Origin: Candidatus Latescibacterota bacterium
GTDB taxonomy: Bacteria; Latescibacterota; UBA2968; SICM01
Length of the DNA: 64,000 nt
NCBI GenBank assembly: GCA_965217865.1
Contig: CBDCJO010000002.1
Location: 1,888,001 to 1,952,000 of the forward strand
Direction: 5' to 3'
Numbering within the stretch: position 1 is the first letter of the stretch; each line of letters opens with the position of its first letter. Position numbers and translations under genes: made by a program. Positions 1 through 9,423 of the stretch are shown here, in pieces. The notes below the pieces were generated by a model that saw only the letters and a program-made list of their open reading frames with translations, ran no database searches and was not told the DNA's origin.

Positions 1-3000
1 GAGTTCGTCCATTCTGGCACGGTCACGAGCGGCCACTCCGGTCCCATGCCGGAGACCCACCAGCGGGCGCGGGACTTCCTGGCCGCCAAGGCGGAGCTGC
101 CGCCGCTTGCCCGCTACGGCCTCTCACCCGAGCGGCTGCGCGAGACCGAGGCGGCGCGGGAGCTCGACGTACGGGTCCAGGAGGCGCTCACGGCCCTGGC
201 GTCGTTCTACCACCGGCGGCTCAAGGACGCGCCCGAGGTGCTGGAGTGGCTGCGGGCCAACTACGGCATCGCCGAAGAGACCATCGATACCCTGCGCATC
301 GGGTACGCCGTCAACGGTCCGTGCGAAGACGCCGGCGAGCCTCAAGCCGGCGTCCTCGCCGCCCTGACCACGGGGGAGAACGCCTTCACTCCCCGCGAGC
401 TCGCCGCTACCGGCGCGTTCCGTCCGACCGGCCAGGACGGCCTGATCCCCTTCTTCGACGGTCGCATCGTCTTCCCGTACTGGAGCCACGGACGCGTCGT
501 GTTCCTGATCGGGCGCAAGACGCCGTGGACCCCGGACCGGGACTGGGAGCAGGGCAAGTACTGCAAGCTGCCGGTCCACAACGATCATTCGAACCGACAC
601 ATCGCGCCGTCGATCAACAACGGCCATCTCTACAACGAGGACTGCCTGCTCACGCGGCCCGAACGCGTCATCATCACCGAGGGCGTCACCGACTGCATCG
701 CGCTCATGGAGCGCGGCTTCCCGGCCGTGTCTCCGGTCACGGTGCGCATCCGGGCCTCGGACTGGGACCGCCTGCTGCCGAAGCTCCGGGGCGTCAAGAC
801 GGTCTACATCTGCCAGGACAACGAGATCTCGCAGGCGGGACTCAACGGCGCGCTCAAGACCGCGAGCGTCCTGGCCAAACACAAGATACAGACCCGGCTC
901 GTGGTCCTGCCTCTCGACGACTCCCGCCAGGAGGCGCGGAGGGAACTCAAGGAGAAGTTCGGCCTGGACGCGGCGGTCGGACCCCGCGAGCTGGCCAAGC
1001 TCCTCAAGGGCCGCTCGTCGGAAGAGCTCAAGGAGGCGGAACACCTCCTCGCCGCGGCCAAGATCGATGTCAACGACTACTTCGCCTCCGGCTGCACCGC
1101 GCAGGATTTCGAGGCACTGCTCGGCGAGGCCGCCACCCCGCTCGAGGGCGGGGTCGACCGGTTGCCAACCGACGTCGCTGAAGAGGAGCGCAACCGGCTG
1201 CTGGAGCCGATCCTGCGCGAGGTCGCGGTGCTGACGCCGCTCGAGCAAAGCCGACACCTCAAGCGAGTACAGGAGCGCTTTGGGAAGTCGAGCCTCTCGC
1301 TCACCACGCTGCGCGAGCAGGTGCGGGCGGTGGAGAAAGAGCGCAACTCGAAGGCCCGGCAGGAGTACCGCCGCGAGAAGATACGCGAGAAGCGCCAGAC
1401 CGGCGCGGCGCCCGGATCATGCCGCGCTCGGGTCGAGCAGGTGCTGATCGAGACCGAGGAGGACGCCGGCGCGCCCGACTACGCGCAAGCCGCCGAGGCC
1501 GCCTACGACTGGTTCACCGCACATGAAGCGCAGTTCTTCTTCACCCGCCACGGCGAACCGTTCATGCACTTCGACAACGCCATCTACTGGATGGATTCCG
1601 CCGACCGGGGCCGCAAGCGCCAGTATTCGGCCATGCTTTATCGCCACACCGGGCTGGTGCCGACCTCGCCGGGCGGACGGACGTTCTTCGAAGTGCTGCC
1701 GAGCCTGGCGCTACTCCGGGGGCAGATGCGGGAGCACTTCTCCTGGCTTCACACCGACGTCTCGACACACACGGTCTACTTCAACCTCAACAACGCCGCG
1801 CACGAGATCGCCAAGATCACGCCCGACGGCATTGAGCTCCTCAAGAACGGCGGCAACCCCGACGGCATCATCCTCGAGAGCTCGCGGAAGATGAAGCCGC
1901 TCCGGTTCCTGTCAGACGCCGATCCCGACGAAGCCGACCGGCTGCTGTCGACGCTGATCCTCGGCAACCTGACCTGCGCGCCGGGCGAGAGCGCACTGAT
2001 CCTGTCGTGGCTGTCCTGCTTCCTGCTGATCGACTTTGCCGGCACCCGGCCGATGACCCGCTTCGAGGGGCCCGCAGGCTCGGGCAAGACCACCGCGAGC
2101 AAGCTCATCTCTGCGCTGCTCTACGGCGAGCCGCAGCAGAAGAAGAGCACCGACGCGGCCAACTACACCGACGGCTCGCAGAACCCGCTCATCGTCCTCG
2201 ACAACATCGAGGTCAAGCAGATGACCGAGGAGCTGACTACCTTCCTGCTCACCAGCATCACCGGGATCGCCAAGGAGAAGCGGAAAAGCGGCACCGACAC
2301 CGAGACCGTCATCGAGCGCACCAAGTGCCTGCTCAACACCACCGGCATCGAGCCGCTGTGGGGGGAGCTCTCGGAGATTCTGTCCCGCTCCTTCGTCATC
2401 ACCTTCGATCTGACCAGCCAAGCCGGGGATTGTTTTCTCGAGTCCGAGATCATTGCGGCTATTCAGCAAAACCGGGATCTGATCCTGTCGGTCATGCTCA
2501 AGCGCACGCGGCACGTGCTGGCCATGATGCGAGACGGGCGACGCGGTCAAGCGATGAAACTCATGCTCGAGGGCTTGGGCGACCACGACAAGCGGCGCTG
2601 CAACGACTACCTGACCCTGATGTACCTCATGCTGCTGGCCGGCTCCCAGGAGCACGAAGTCGACGCCGGACTCGCGACATTGAGTCCCAAGTTTGTCGAT
2701 CAGATCAAAGCCCTCAACGCGACCAGCCAGCAGACCGCCCGGGACTCCAATCCAATCGCAACGGCTCTGGAATCGCTCTTCGATGCCTACCGCAGTGCCG
2801 TGGACCAGGACGAACAAGCCCGCCTCGGACAGGATGACGACCGGGCAGACCATGTGGCCAAGTTCATCGAGCGCTATCTGGTGCGCTTCGAAGACCCGGA
2901 CATCATGGAACCGGTCTCCGCCGGGCGGTTGTTGGCGGCCCTGCGCAGGGTCGCCCGGGAGTTCAGCCTGGAATTCCAATACAGCAAGCCCGCACAGCTT

Positions 3001-3111
3001 GCCCGCCGCATCAGCAACGACCTGGATGTCATCCGCGACGCCAGTTTCGTGATCGACCGGCAGCGAGACGCTCACACCAAGAACTTCAAGTACCGCATCA
3101 CCCGAGGTTGA
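1..3111 (+). CDS. DNA primase (DnaG-like TOPRIM) fused to C-terminal P-loop NTPase/helicase; 5' end lies upstream of the window
   Basis: Frame is open from base 1 (EFVHSG...MPETH). DnaG-type motifs 'FDGRIVFP', 'IITEGVTD' and 'CQDNE'; Walker A 'GPAGSGKTT' and Walker B-like 'IVLDNIE'. Confidence 0.85.
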   Translation, partial: EFVHSGTVTSGHSGPMPETHQRARDFLAAKAELPPLARYGLSPERLRETEAARELDVRVQEALTALASFYHRRLKDAPEVLEWLRANYGIAEETIDTLRIGYAVNGPCEDAGEPQAGVLAALTTGENAFTPRELAATGAFRPTGQDGLIPFFDGRIVFPYWSHGRVVFLIGRKTPWTPDRDWEQGKYCKLPVHNDHSNRHIAPSINNGHLYNEDCLLTRPERVIITEGVTDCIALMERGFPAVSPVTVRIRASDWDRLLPKLRGVKTVYICQDNEISQAGLNGALKTASVLAKHKIQTRLVVLPLDDSRQEARRELKEKFGLDAAVGPRELAKLLKGRSSEELKEAEHLLAAAKIDVNDYFASGCTAQDFEALLGEAATPLEGGVDRLPTDVAEEERNRLLEPILREVAVLTPLEQSRHLKRVQERFGKSSLSLTTLREQVRAVEKERNSKARQEYRREKIREKRQTGAAPGSCRARVEQVLIETEEDAGAPDYAQAAEAAYDWFTAHEAQFFFTRHGEPFMHFDNAIYWMDSADRGRKRQYSAMLYRHTGLVPTSPGGRTFFEVLPSLALLRGQMREHFSWLHTDVSTHTVYFNLNNAAHEIAKITPDGIELLKNGGNPDGIILESSRKMKPLRFLSDADPDEADRLLSTLILGNLTCAPGESALILSWLSCFLLIDFAGTRPMTRFEGPAGSGKTTASKLISALLYGEPQQKKSTDAANYTDGSQNPLIVLDNIEVKQMTEELTTFLLTSITGIAKEKRKSGTDTETVIERTKCLLNTTGIEPLWGELSEILSRSFVITFDLTSQAGDCFLESEIIAAIQQNRDLILSVMLKRTRHVLAMMRDGRRGQAMKLMLEGLGDHDKRRCNDYLTLMYLMLLAGSQEHEVDAGLATLSPKFVDQIKALNATSQQTARDSNPIATALESLFDAYRSAVDQDEQARLGQDDDRADHVAKFIERYLVRFEDPDIMEPVSAGRLLAALRRVAREFSLEFQYSKPAQLARRISNDLDVIRDASFVIDRQRDAHTKNFKYRITRG

Positions 3112-3234
3112 TTCTGAGGCCTGCACTCGGATCGGGTCCCCACGCGCGATTGCTCAGACCAACTGAAACGACACCCCGCCTGAGCCGTATCCGGCTCGAC
3201 ATCGAGATCAAGGACCCTCCAAGTGTCCTTTTCC

Positions 3235-3590
3235 TGCGGTGGTGCGGTGGTTGTCGACTGCCTGTGCGGTGGTATCCACTGCACAGATAACTTCTTACCA
3301 AACAATATGTTACGGGCCGTCTTCGGTGGTTGCGGTGGCAAATCCAGAGGTCTTACCTCCTATAGAGGAAAGAAAAAAATGTCACGCCCATCTCATAGGG
3401 AACGGACCCCCCCGAAAACCTGGCGGCATACGTAAGAGATTTTCCCCATTTACCACCGCAACCACCGCAAATTCTCTTTCTCATACTCATAACTATAAGA
3501 CTATAAACCACTTAATTTAAACACTGCACCGTCGTGCGGTGGTAAGCCAAATCAACCACCGCACGACCACCGCAACCGCCGCAAGATCGC
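3235..3590. repeat. Iteron-like TGCGGTGGT/ACCACCGCA repeat field around an AT-rich core (candidate element origin)
   Basis: About 10 copies in both orientations at ~3235, 3243, 3265, 3331, 3452, 3461, 3535 and 3555-3583; AT-rich tract ~3470-3520. Confidence 0.65.
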
Positions 3591-3709
3591 GGGAGCCGCG
3601 ATAACGACGGATCGCCTTCAACTCCGCACAATCTCAGCCGACATAACCGCCCTCCCACCGGTAGGTAACGGTGAACGACGAACCGCTCTGAACCACCGAA
3701 CCGAGACCC

Positions 3710-3955
3710 ATGAAGACCGTGTTCCAACTGATGCACGAGGAAAGCCAGAAGGCGGCAGCCCTGCGACGCCTTAACCAAGCGGACTGGACCTACCCGGCGG
3801 ACGGCGCCTGGAAGTACACGGAGCCGGTCACTGCCCAAGCGCTGGACAAGGTGGACGCGATCCGCGACCAGGCGCTTGCCCTGGAGTCCCTGGTGGCGGC
3901 CCTGTCGGTCCGCTACAAAGGCGGAGATGATCGGCAACCCCGGAGAGCGGCCTGA
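3710..3955 (+). CDS. Small hypothetical protein of the mobile element
   Basis: 81-aa ORF with ATG start and GC3-rich codons like its neighbours. Confidence 0.55.
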   Translation: MKTVFQLMHEESQKAAALRRLNQADWTYPADGAWKYTEPVTAQALDKVDAIRDQALALESLVAALSVRYKGGDDRQPRRAA

Positions 3956-3996
3956 CCGAACGCATCCCTTCGCTGCAGGAAAAGCGCCAGGGCGTG

Positions 3997-4239
3997 ATGC
4001 GCGGTCACGCCCTGGACCTGCTCGCCAATCTGGACGCCCGGTTGCGTCGGATCGAAGCCGAACTCGGGCTGTCCGCCGGGGAAGCGGAGGAGTTCCGGGC
4101 GGTCATGGCGCACATCCGCAGAGAGGCCCGGCGCATCCACGCCGGGCAGATCGCGGCGGGCATTCACGACGGCCGAGCGAACACCGCCGTTTCGTGTCCG
4201 GACATAAGCCCCGGTTCTTCCGCGACTTATAGCCTATAA
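3997..4239 (+). CDS. Small hypothetical protein
   Basis: Helical-looking ORF (MRGHALDLLANLDARLRRIEAELG). Confidence 0.45.
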   Translation: MRGHALDLLANLDARLRRIEAELGLSAGEAEEFRAVMAHIRREARRIHAGQIAAGIHDGRANTAVSCPDISPGSSATYSL

Positions 4240-4376
4240 CACATAAATCCTTCTAAATCATGTTAAGGACAAGATTTGCCTTGCTTTCCGTTCGGGAACG
4301 AGGTTGCATTCATGTGTGTGAACACAACGACCCGATTCAATTGCCGGACAAGGGATTACTGGAATCAAGGAGAACC

Positions 4377-4520
4377 ATGGACCTGTGCGAAATCGATTTC
4401 GGGGTCGAGATAGGGACGGTCAGACGAACACGCAAACGCGTGGTCCAGGCCATCCAGTCGGTGGTGGGCGGTGAGGTCGTCGACGAGCGGGGGCGGACAT
4501 GGCAAGGCGACTCGGCGTTC
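4377..4520 (+). pseudogene. N-terminal remnant of an amidoligase-family (COOH-NH2 ligase) protein
   Basis: RBS AAGGAG then MDLCEIDFGVEIGTVRRTRKRVVQAIQSVVGG...GRTWQ, resembling the FG[IV]E[IF]E start of Amidoligase_2 proteins; the rest is missing. Context DUF5049-GATase-GGCT agrees. Confidence 0.6.
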
Positions 4521-4647
4521 CGGAGCGGCAGACCGGCGCCCGGGGCACCACCCGCCCTCGAGGCGGAATCATCCACGGAGGCCGGGCCGCAAGGCCTCCG
4601 GTTTTCGGGGAGGACGCCGACACTCAAACCGAAGGAGAAACGACGCC

Positions 4648-5139
4648 ATGAGAGTGCGGATCAAGAACACCGCCCTGGACAGCAAGCCCATCCAGGGCGA
4701 AGGGGATATCTTCACCGGCAAGACCGACCTTGAGGTCGTCCGGGCCATGCGGGGAGCAACGCTCTTCTCCGATCAGAACACGCTCGAGGACTACGTCGAC
4801 ATGGTCCTGCGCAACGCCAGGATGCTCGCCGGCATCGACCTGATCGTCAAAGGCGACACGCCCGAGGAGAAGGCTCGCGCCCTCCTCGCCTCCATGATCG
4901 ATCACGGCATGGCGGAATACGTCGAGGACGAGCCGCCGGCATCGGTCACCGTGCCCGCCGCCGTCTGGCATGGCCTGGAGGCGGTGAAGGACTCCGGAAC
5001 CACCAACATGCTCGACCGGCCCGCGGTCATCAAGATCGCCGAATTCCTCGGCTTTCACGAGACGGCGCGATGGATCGAGGGCCATCACGGGCAATATGCC
5101 GAAGGGCTGTTCCGGGGCTTCGAGGTCGACACGAACTAA
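4648..5139 (+). CDS. DUF5049-domain protein
   Basis: C-terminal 'GLEAVKDSGTTNMLDRPAV...WIEGHHGQYAEGLFRGF' fits the DUF5049 pattern; RBS GAAGGAG. Confidence 0.7.
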   Translation: MRVRIKNTALDSKPIQGEGDIFTGKTDLEVVRAMRGATLFSDQNTLEDYVDMVLRNARMLAGIDLIVKGDTPEEKARALLASMIDHGMAEYVEDEPPASVTVPAAVWHGLEAVKDSGTTNMLDRPAVIKIAEFLGFHETARWIEGHHGQYAEGLFRGFEVDTN

Positions 5140-5150
5140 GGGAAGTTCTG

Positions 5151-5961
5151 ATGTACGGACAGGCGGGCATCATCCTGGGCGGGAAAGGCGCCGCGCCGGC
5201 GAGCGCGATCATCTCGCCTGGCTGTTCACCCGGCTCTTCGCATTCAGCGAGCGGAAGGGGCCGCACGCCACGGGGCGTGGCCTGGCTCAAGCGCCACGGC
5301 CGGCACAAGCTCTTCAAGCAGCCGGTGCGGGCCGGTCGGTTCGTTCTCCGACAAGGCGTTCCACGAGGTCCTGGCCGGAATCGACAACCGCACCACGCTG
5401 CTCTTGGATCACACCCGCCGGCGCACCCGCGCGGCGACGAGAAGATCAACGAGAACAACCACCCGATCCGGGCAGGCGACATCCTCGGCACCCACAACAA
5501 CGGCACGATCTACAACGCCAACACCCTGTTCCGGCGGTTCAAGCCTCACCGCTTCGCCGAGGTGGACAGCGAACTGCTCTTCCGGCTTGCCGCCCGGGCC
5601 GGGCGAAACGGCCGGATCGACGTGGAGCGCTTCAAGGGCCGCCTCAAGCTCTACTGCGGGCAGATGGCGGCGGTCATGGCATCCCGGCTCGATCCGGAGA
5701 CCATCCTCGTGCTCAAGGGGAACAAGCCGCACGAGCTTGCGTATCCACCGTCGGTACCGGGCTGTCCTCTATGCCTCCGATCCGGCGTATCTGGACGCGA
5801 TCCTGGACGAAGAACGGGGCTGGCGCGAGCTGCCCGTCCCCACCATGAGCCTGATGGTGTTCCGGCACCGGGATCTGATGGATTGCTCGATGGGAGCCGT
5901 TCGAGTTCGTTGCGCAAGCGAGGCGACGGAAGAAGCCTGCCTTGGTGGAGGTTATCGATGA
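5151..5961 (+). pseudogene. Class II (Ntn) glutamine amidotransferase-like gene, frameshifted
   Basis: Motifs MYGQAGII (Cys2 replaced by Tyr), 'GPHATG', 'HTR', 'NNHPI', 'GTHNNGTIYN' and 'EVDSELLF' are spread over several frames. Confidence 0.75.
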
Positions 5962-6520
5962 CTGGGAGAGCACGGTCCACACGACCGAGTGAACCCCCGA
6001 AGGAGAACACATTGGAGCTACTGACTCTCTTCGTCTGCGGCACGCTCAAGAGCGGATACTGGAACCACGACCCCTTCTGCGGGTTTTGCGCTGGAGATCC
6101 GGGAGACGCGGGATCCCGCGGGCGGCTCTACGAGGGGCCGGGGTTCCCGGTCCTCGAAGGTCCCGGACGAGGATGTCCTCGCCCAGGGGACCGTCGACCC
6201 GTTGGCCGACATCGCCACACAGGCCTGCTTGGCGGGCAGACAGGCGCGCCGGTCCGGTCGGGTGGGGTCACACTCCCGACCAGTCCCCGAAAGCGCCACA
6301 GCGGGCGCCTGGGGCGCCGTGTACGGGAAGCTGCCCACCTTCGACGACCCTGATACCCGCATTGCCCGCCATCGACCGCCATTCCGCCCGGGCGGTTCCA
6401 ACCTCTACCAGCGGGTACTGTTACACGCCACGGTGAAGGGCGCTCGCGAGCTCGCCTGGGTCTATACGGCCGAGGCAACCGGCATCAAGCGGCACCGGAT
6501 CGTGTCCGGCAGTAACCGCC
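5958..6520 (+). pseudogene. Gamma-glutamylcyclotransferase (AIG2-like) gene, frameshifted
   Basis: 'LFVCGTLKSGYWNH', 'GRLYEGPGFPVLE' and 'YQRV...AWVY' motifs fall in different frames. Confidence 0.7.
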
Positions 6521-6639
6521 CACCACCCCCCCCATCACCGCAGAGCGCGCCTCTGCTGGTGCGCGTCATTCCCATCACCGCAGAGTTTTGAATTGACCAC
6601 GGAAGCTAGTTTTTATATATATGTAGGAGTCCGGCGAAG

Positions 6640-6865
6640 ATGGCTACTGAAGAAGGCTGGGTCGATATTGCCGAGGGTCGCCGCGTATCTACAGGTGACC
6701 AAGGAATCCATATACCGGTGGGTCGACTCAAAGGGCTTTCCAACTCGCCGCGTGGGGCGGTTGCTGCGATTCCGGCTCTCGGAAGTTAACGAGTGGGTGA
6801 AGGCCGGAGGAAGTGATCCCGAAGGTAGCTCATCGAGCAATTCGGCGGAGAGCTATACCAATTAA
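6640..6865 (+). CDS. Excisionase-like HTH_17 DNA-binding protein with one apparent frameshift near 6675
   Basis: MATEEGWVDIAE, then after a shift VAAYLQVTKESIYRWVDSKGFPTRRVGRLLRFRLSEVNEWVK. Confidence 0.75.
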
Positions 6866-6972
6866 GAACGCATGAGAACAGGAAATGTCTGATGAGTGCT
6901 GAAACTGCCATGAAAGGAATTGTTGGGCTTCCGGGTTCTGCCAAGAACCCAGCGCTGAGGTGAGACCTGACT

Positions 6973-9423
6973 ATGGCCCTGAAGAAATCCCAACTCTACT
7001 CCTCACTCTGGCAAAGCTGCGACGAGCTGCGCGGCGGCATGGACGCCTCGCAGTACAAAGACTACGTCCTGACGCTGCTGTTCATGAAGTACGTCTCGGA
7101 TAAGCATGCCGGAAAGCCTGACCCGCTCATCGAGGTTCCCCATGGAGGCGGCTTTGCCGATATCGCGAAGCTGAAGGGCGACAAGGAGATCGGCGACAAG
7201 ATTAACAAGATCGTCGGCCGGCTCGCCGAAGCCAACGACCTCAAGGGGGTCATCGATCAGGCTGACTTCAACGACGAGAGCAAGCTCGGCGCCGGCAAGG
7301 AAATGCAGGACCGGCTCTCCAAACTGGTGGCCATATTCGATGGCCTCGACTTTCGAGCCAACCGCGCCGAGGGTGACGACCTGCTCGGCGACGCCTACGA
7401 GTACCTGATGCGGCACTTCGCCACGGAGTCGGGCAAGAGCAAGGGACAGTTCTACACTCCAGCGGAAGTCTCCCGGATCATGGCCCAAGTGGTCGGCATC
7501 GACGCCAACACACGTCAAGACCAGACGATCTACGATCCAACCTGTGGCTCCGGCTCGCTCTTGCTCAAAGCGACTGAAGAGGCGCCACGCGGTATCACCG
7601 TCTATGGCCAGGAGATGGACAACGCCACCTGGGCGCTGGCCCAGATGAACATGATCCTGCACGGCCACCCAACCGCCGAGCTGTGGCGCGGCAACACTCT
7701 GGCCGCTCCGTACTTCAAGAACAGGGACGACACCCTCAAAACCTTCGACTTCGCGGTGGCCAATCCGCCCTTCTCTGCCAAAGCTTGGTCCAACGGTCTG
7801 AATCCAGCGCACGACGAGTACGGACGCTTTGCGTTCGGCATCCCCCCGGCCAAGAACGGCGACTACGCCTTCCTCCTGCACTTCATCGCGTCGCTCAAGA
7901 GCAGGGGCAAGGGCGCGATCATCCTGCCGCACGGTGTGCTGTTCCGCGGCAACCGGGAGGCCGAAATCCGCAGAAACCTCATCCAGCGCGGACTCATCAA
8001 GGGCATTATCGGCCTGCCTCCCAACCTCTTCTACGGCACCGGCATCCCTGCATGCATCGTAGTTCTCGACAAGGAGAACTCCCACGCACGCACCGGCATC
8101 TTCATGATCGACGCGAGCAAGGGTTTCCTCAAGGACGGCAACAAGAACCGCCTGCGTGCACAGGACATCCACCAGATCGTGGACGTGTTCAACCGCCAAC
8201 TCGAGCTGCCGCGTTACGCACGCATGGTCCCGGTGGCCGAGATCGCCAACCCGGTCAACGACTACAACCTCAACATCCCGCGCTACATAGACTCCAGCGA
8301 GCCTGAAGACGTGCACGACCTCGACGCCCACCTGAACGGCGGCATTCCCGACCGAGACATCAACTCGCTGGACGCCTACTGGACGATCTTCCCATCACTG
8401 CGCCAAGCGCTGTTCGAGGGTAATGGCCGAGCGGGCTACAGCGAGACTCGCGTTGAGACGAAGCAGGTGAAGGCCATTGTCTTCGGGCATGGCGAATTCA
8501 AGTCTTATGCGGATCGCGTTACGGCCATCTTCGACGCTTGGCGCCAGACCCACGAGCCACTCCTTTGGGAGCTCGAAGTCAACGCCCGCCCCAGGACAGT
8601 GATCGACACACTTTCTGAGGACCTGCTAGCGTGTTTCGTCGATCTGCCGCTCCTCAGCGCTTACGACGTGTATCAGCGATTGATGGACTATTGGGATGAT
8701 GTGATGCAGGACGACGTTTATCTAATCGCCGCCGACGGCTGGATCAAGGCAGCCCAACCGCGCGGGATCATCGAAGACAAGGAAAAGACGATCAAAGAGA
8801 CGCCGGATCTGACGATTAAGCGTAAGAAATACAGGATGGACCTTGTCCCACCGGCGCTGATCGTCGCGCGTCACTTCGCCACCGAGCAGGCCGTCATAGA
8901 GTCCCTACAGGTCAAGCAGGAGACGGTTTCCCGAGAGCTGGAAGAGTTCGTTGAGGAGCATACGGGCGAGGACGGCCTGCTCGAGGATGTCGTCAACGAC
9001 AAGGGGAAGGTCACCAAGGCCGGCGTGACGGGGCAACTCAAGGTCATCCAGGACGACGGTGAACCGGAGGGTGACGAGGAACGGGACGCCCTCACGCGCT
9101 GTCTAGCCCTCATCGAGGCCGAGTCGAAGGCGGTTAAGGCCGTCAAAGAGGCGCAGGCCGCGCTGGACCAGCGGGTGTTGTCCCGTTACGCCACGCTCAC
9201 CGAGACTGAGATCAAGACGCTGGTGGTCGAGGGCAAGTGGTTCGCCAGCATCCGGGCTGACATTGAGGGCGAGGTGCAGCGGCTGACCCAGCATCTTGCC
9301 GGGCGCGTGAATGAGCTGGAAGAGCGCTACGCTCGGCCGCTACCTGAGCTGGATCGGGAGGTTGGTGAGCTAGGCCTGAAGGTTGAAGGACACCTCAAGG
9401 TAATGGGCTTGGATTGGGCATGA
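6973..9423 (+). CDS. hsdM: Type I restriction-modification methyltransferase subunit M
   Basis: 'LRGGMDASQYKDY', 'GQFYTP', motif I 'DPTCGSGSLL', motif IV 'NPPF'. Confidence 0.97.
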   Translation: MALKKSQLYSSLWQSCDELRGGMDASQYKDYVLTLLFMKYVSDKHAGKPDPLIEVPHGGGFADIAKLKGDKEIGDKINKIVGRLAEANDLKGVIDQADFNDESKLGAGKEMQDRLSKLVAIFDGLDFRANRAEGDDLLGDAYEYLMRHFATESGKSKGQFYTPAEVSRIMAQVVGIDANTRQDQTIYDPTCGSGSLLLKATEEAPRGITVYGQEMDNATWALAQMNMILHGHPTAELWRGNTLAAPYFKNRDDTLKTFDFAVANPPFSAKAWSNGLNPAHDEYGRFAFGIPPAKNGDYAFLLHFIASLKSRGKGAIILPHGVLFRGNREAEIRRNLIQRGLIKGIIGLPPNLFYGTGIPACIVVLDKENSHARTGIFMIDASKGFLKDGNKNRLRAQDIHQIVDVFNRQLELPRYARMVPVAEIANPVNDYNLNIPRYIDSSEPEDVHDLDAHLNGGIPDRDINSLDAYWTIFPSLRQALFEGNGRAGYSETRVETKQVKAIVFGHGEFKSYADRVTAIFDAWRQTHEPLLWELEVNARPRTVIDTLSEDLLACFVDLPLLSAYDVYQRLMDYWDDVMQDDVYLIAADGWIKAAQPRGIIEDKEKTIKETPDLTIKRKKYRMDLVPPALIVARHFATEQAVIESLQVKQETVSRELEEFVEEHTGEDGLLEDVVNDKGKVTKAGVTGQLKVIQDDGEPEGDEERDALTRCLALIEAESKAVKAVKEAQAALDQRVLSRYATLTETEIKTLVVEGKWFASIRADIEGEVQRLTQHLAGRVNELEERYARPLPELDREVGELGLKVEGHLKVMGLDWA

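Noticed and set aside
124-3126. Long antisense and alternate-frame ORFs over the primase (also over hsdM, mfd, fliG and others)
   Set aside because: Shadow ORFs expected from high GC3 codon bias; no recognisable motifs.
5070-6353. 427-aa ORF as a single real protein
   Set aside because: It is a chimera of frames from the frameshifted GATase and GGCT pseudogenes.
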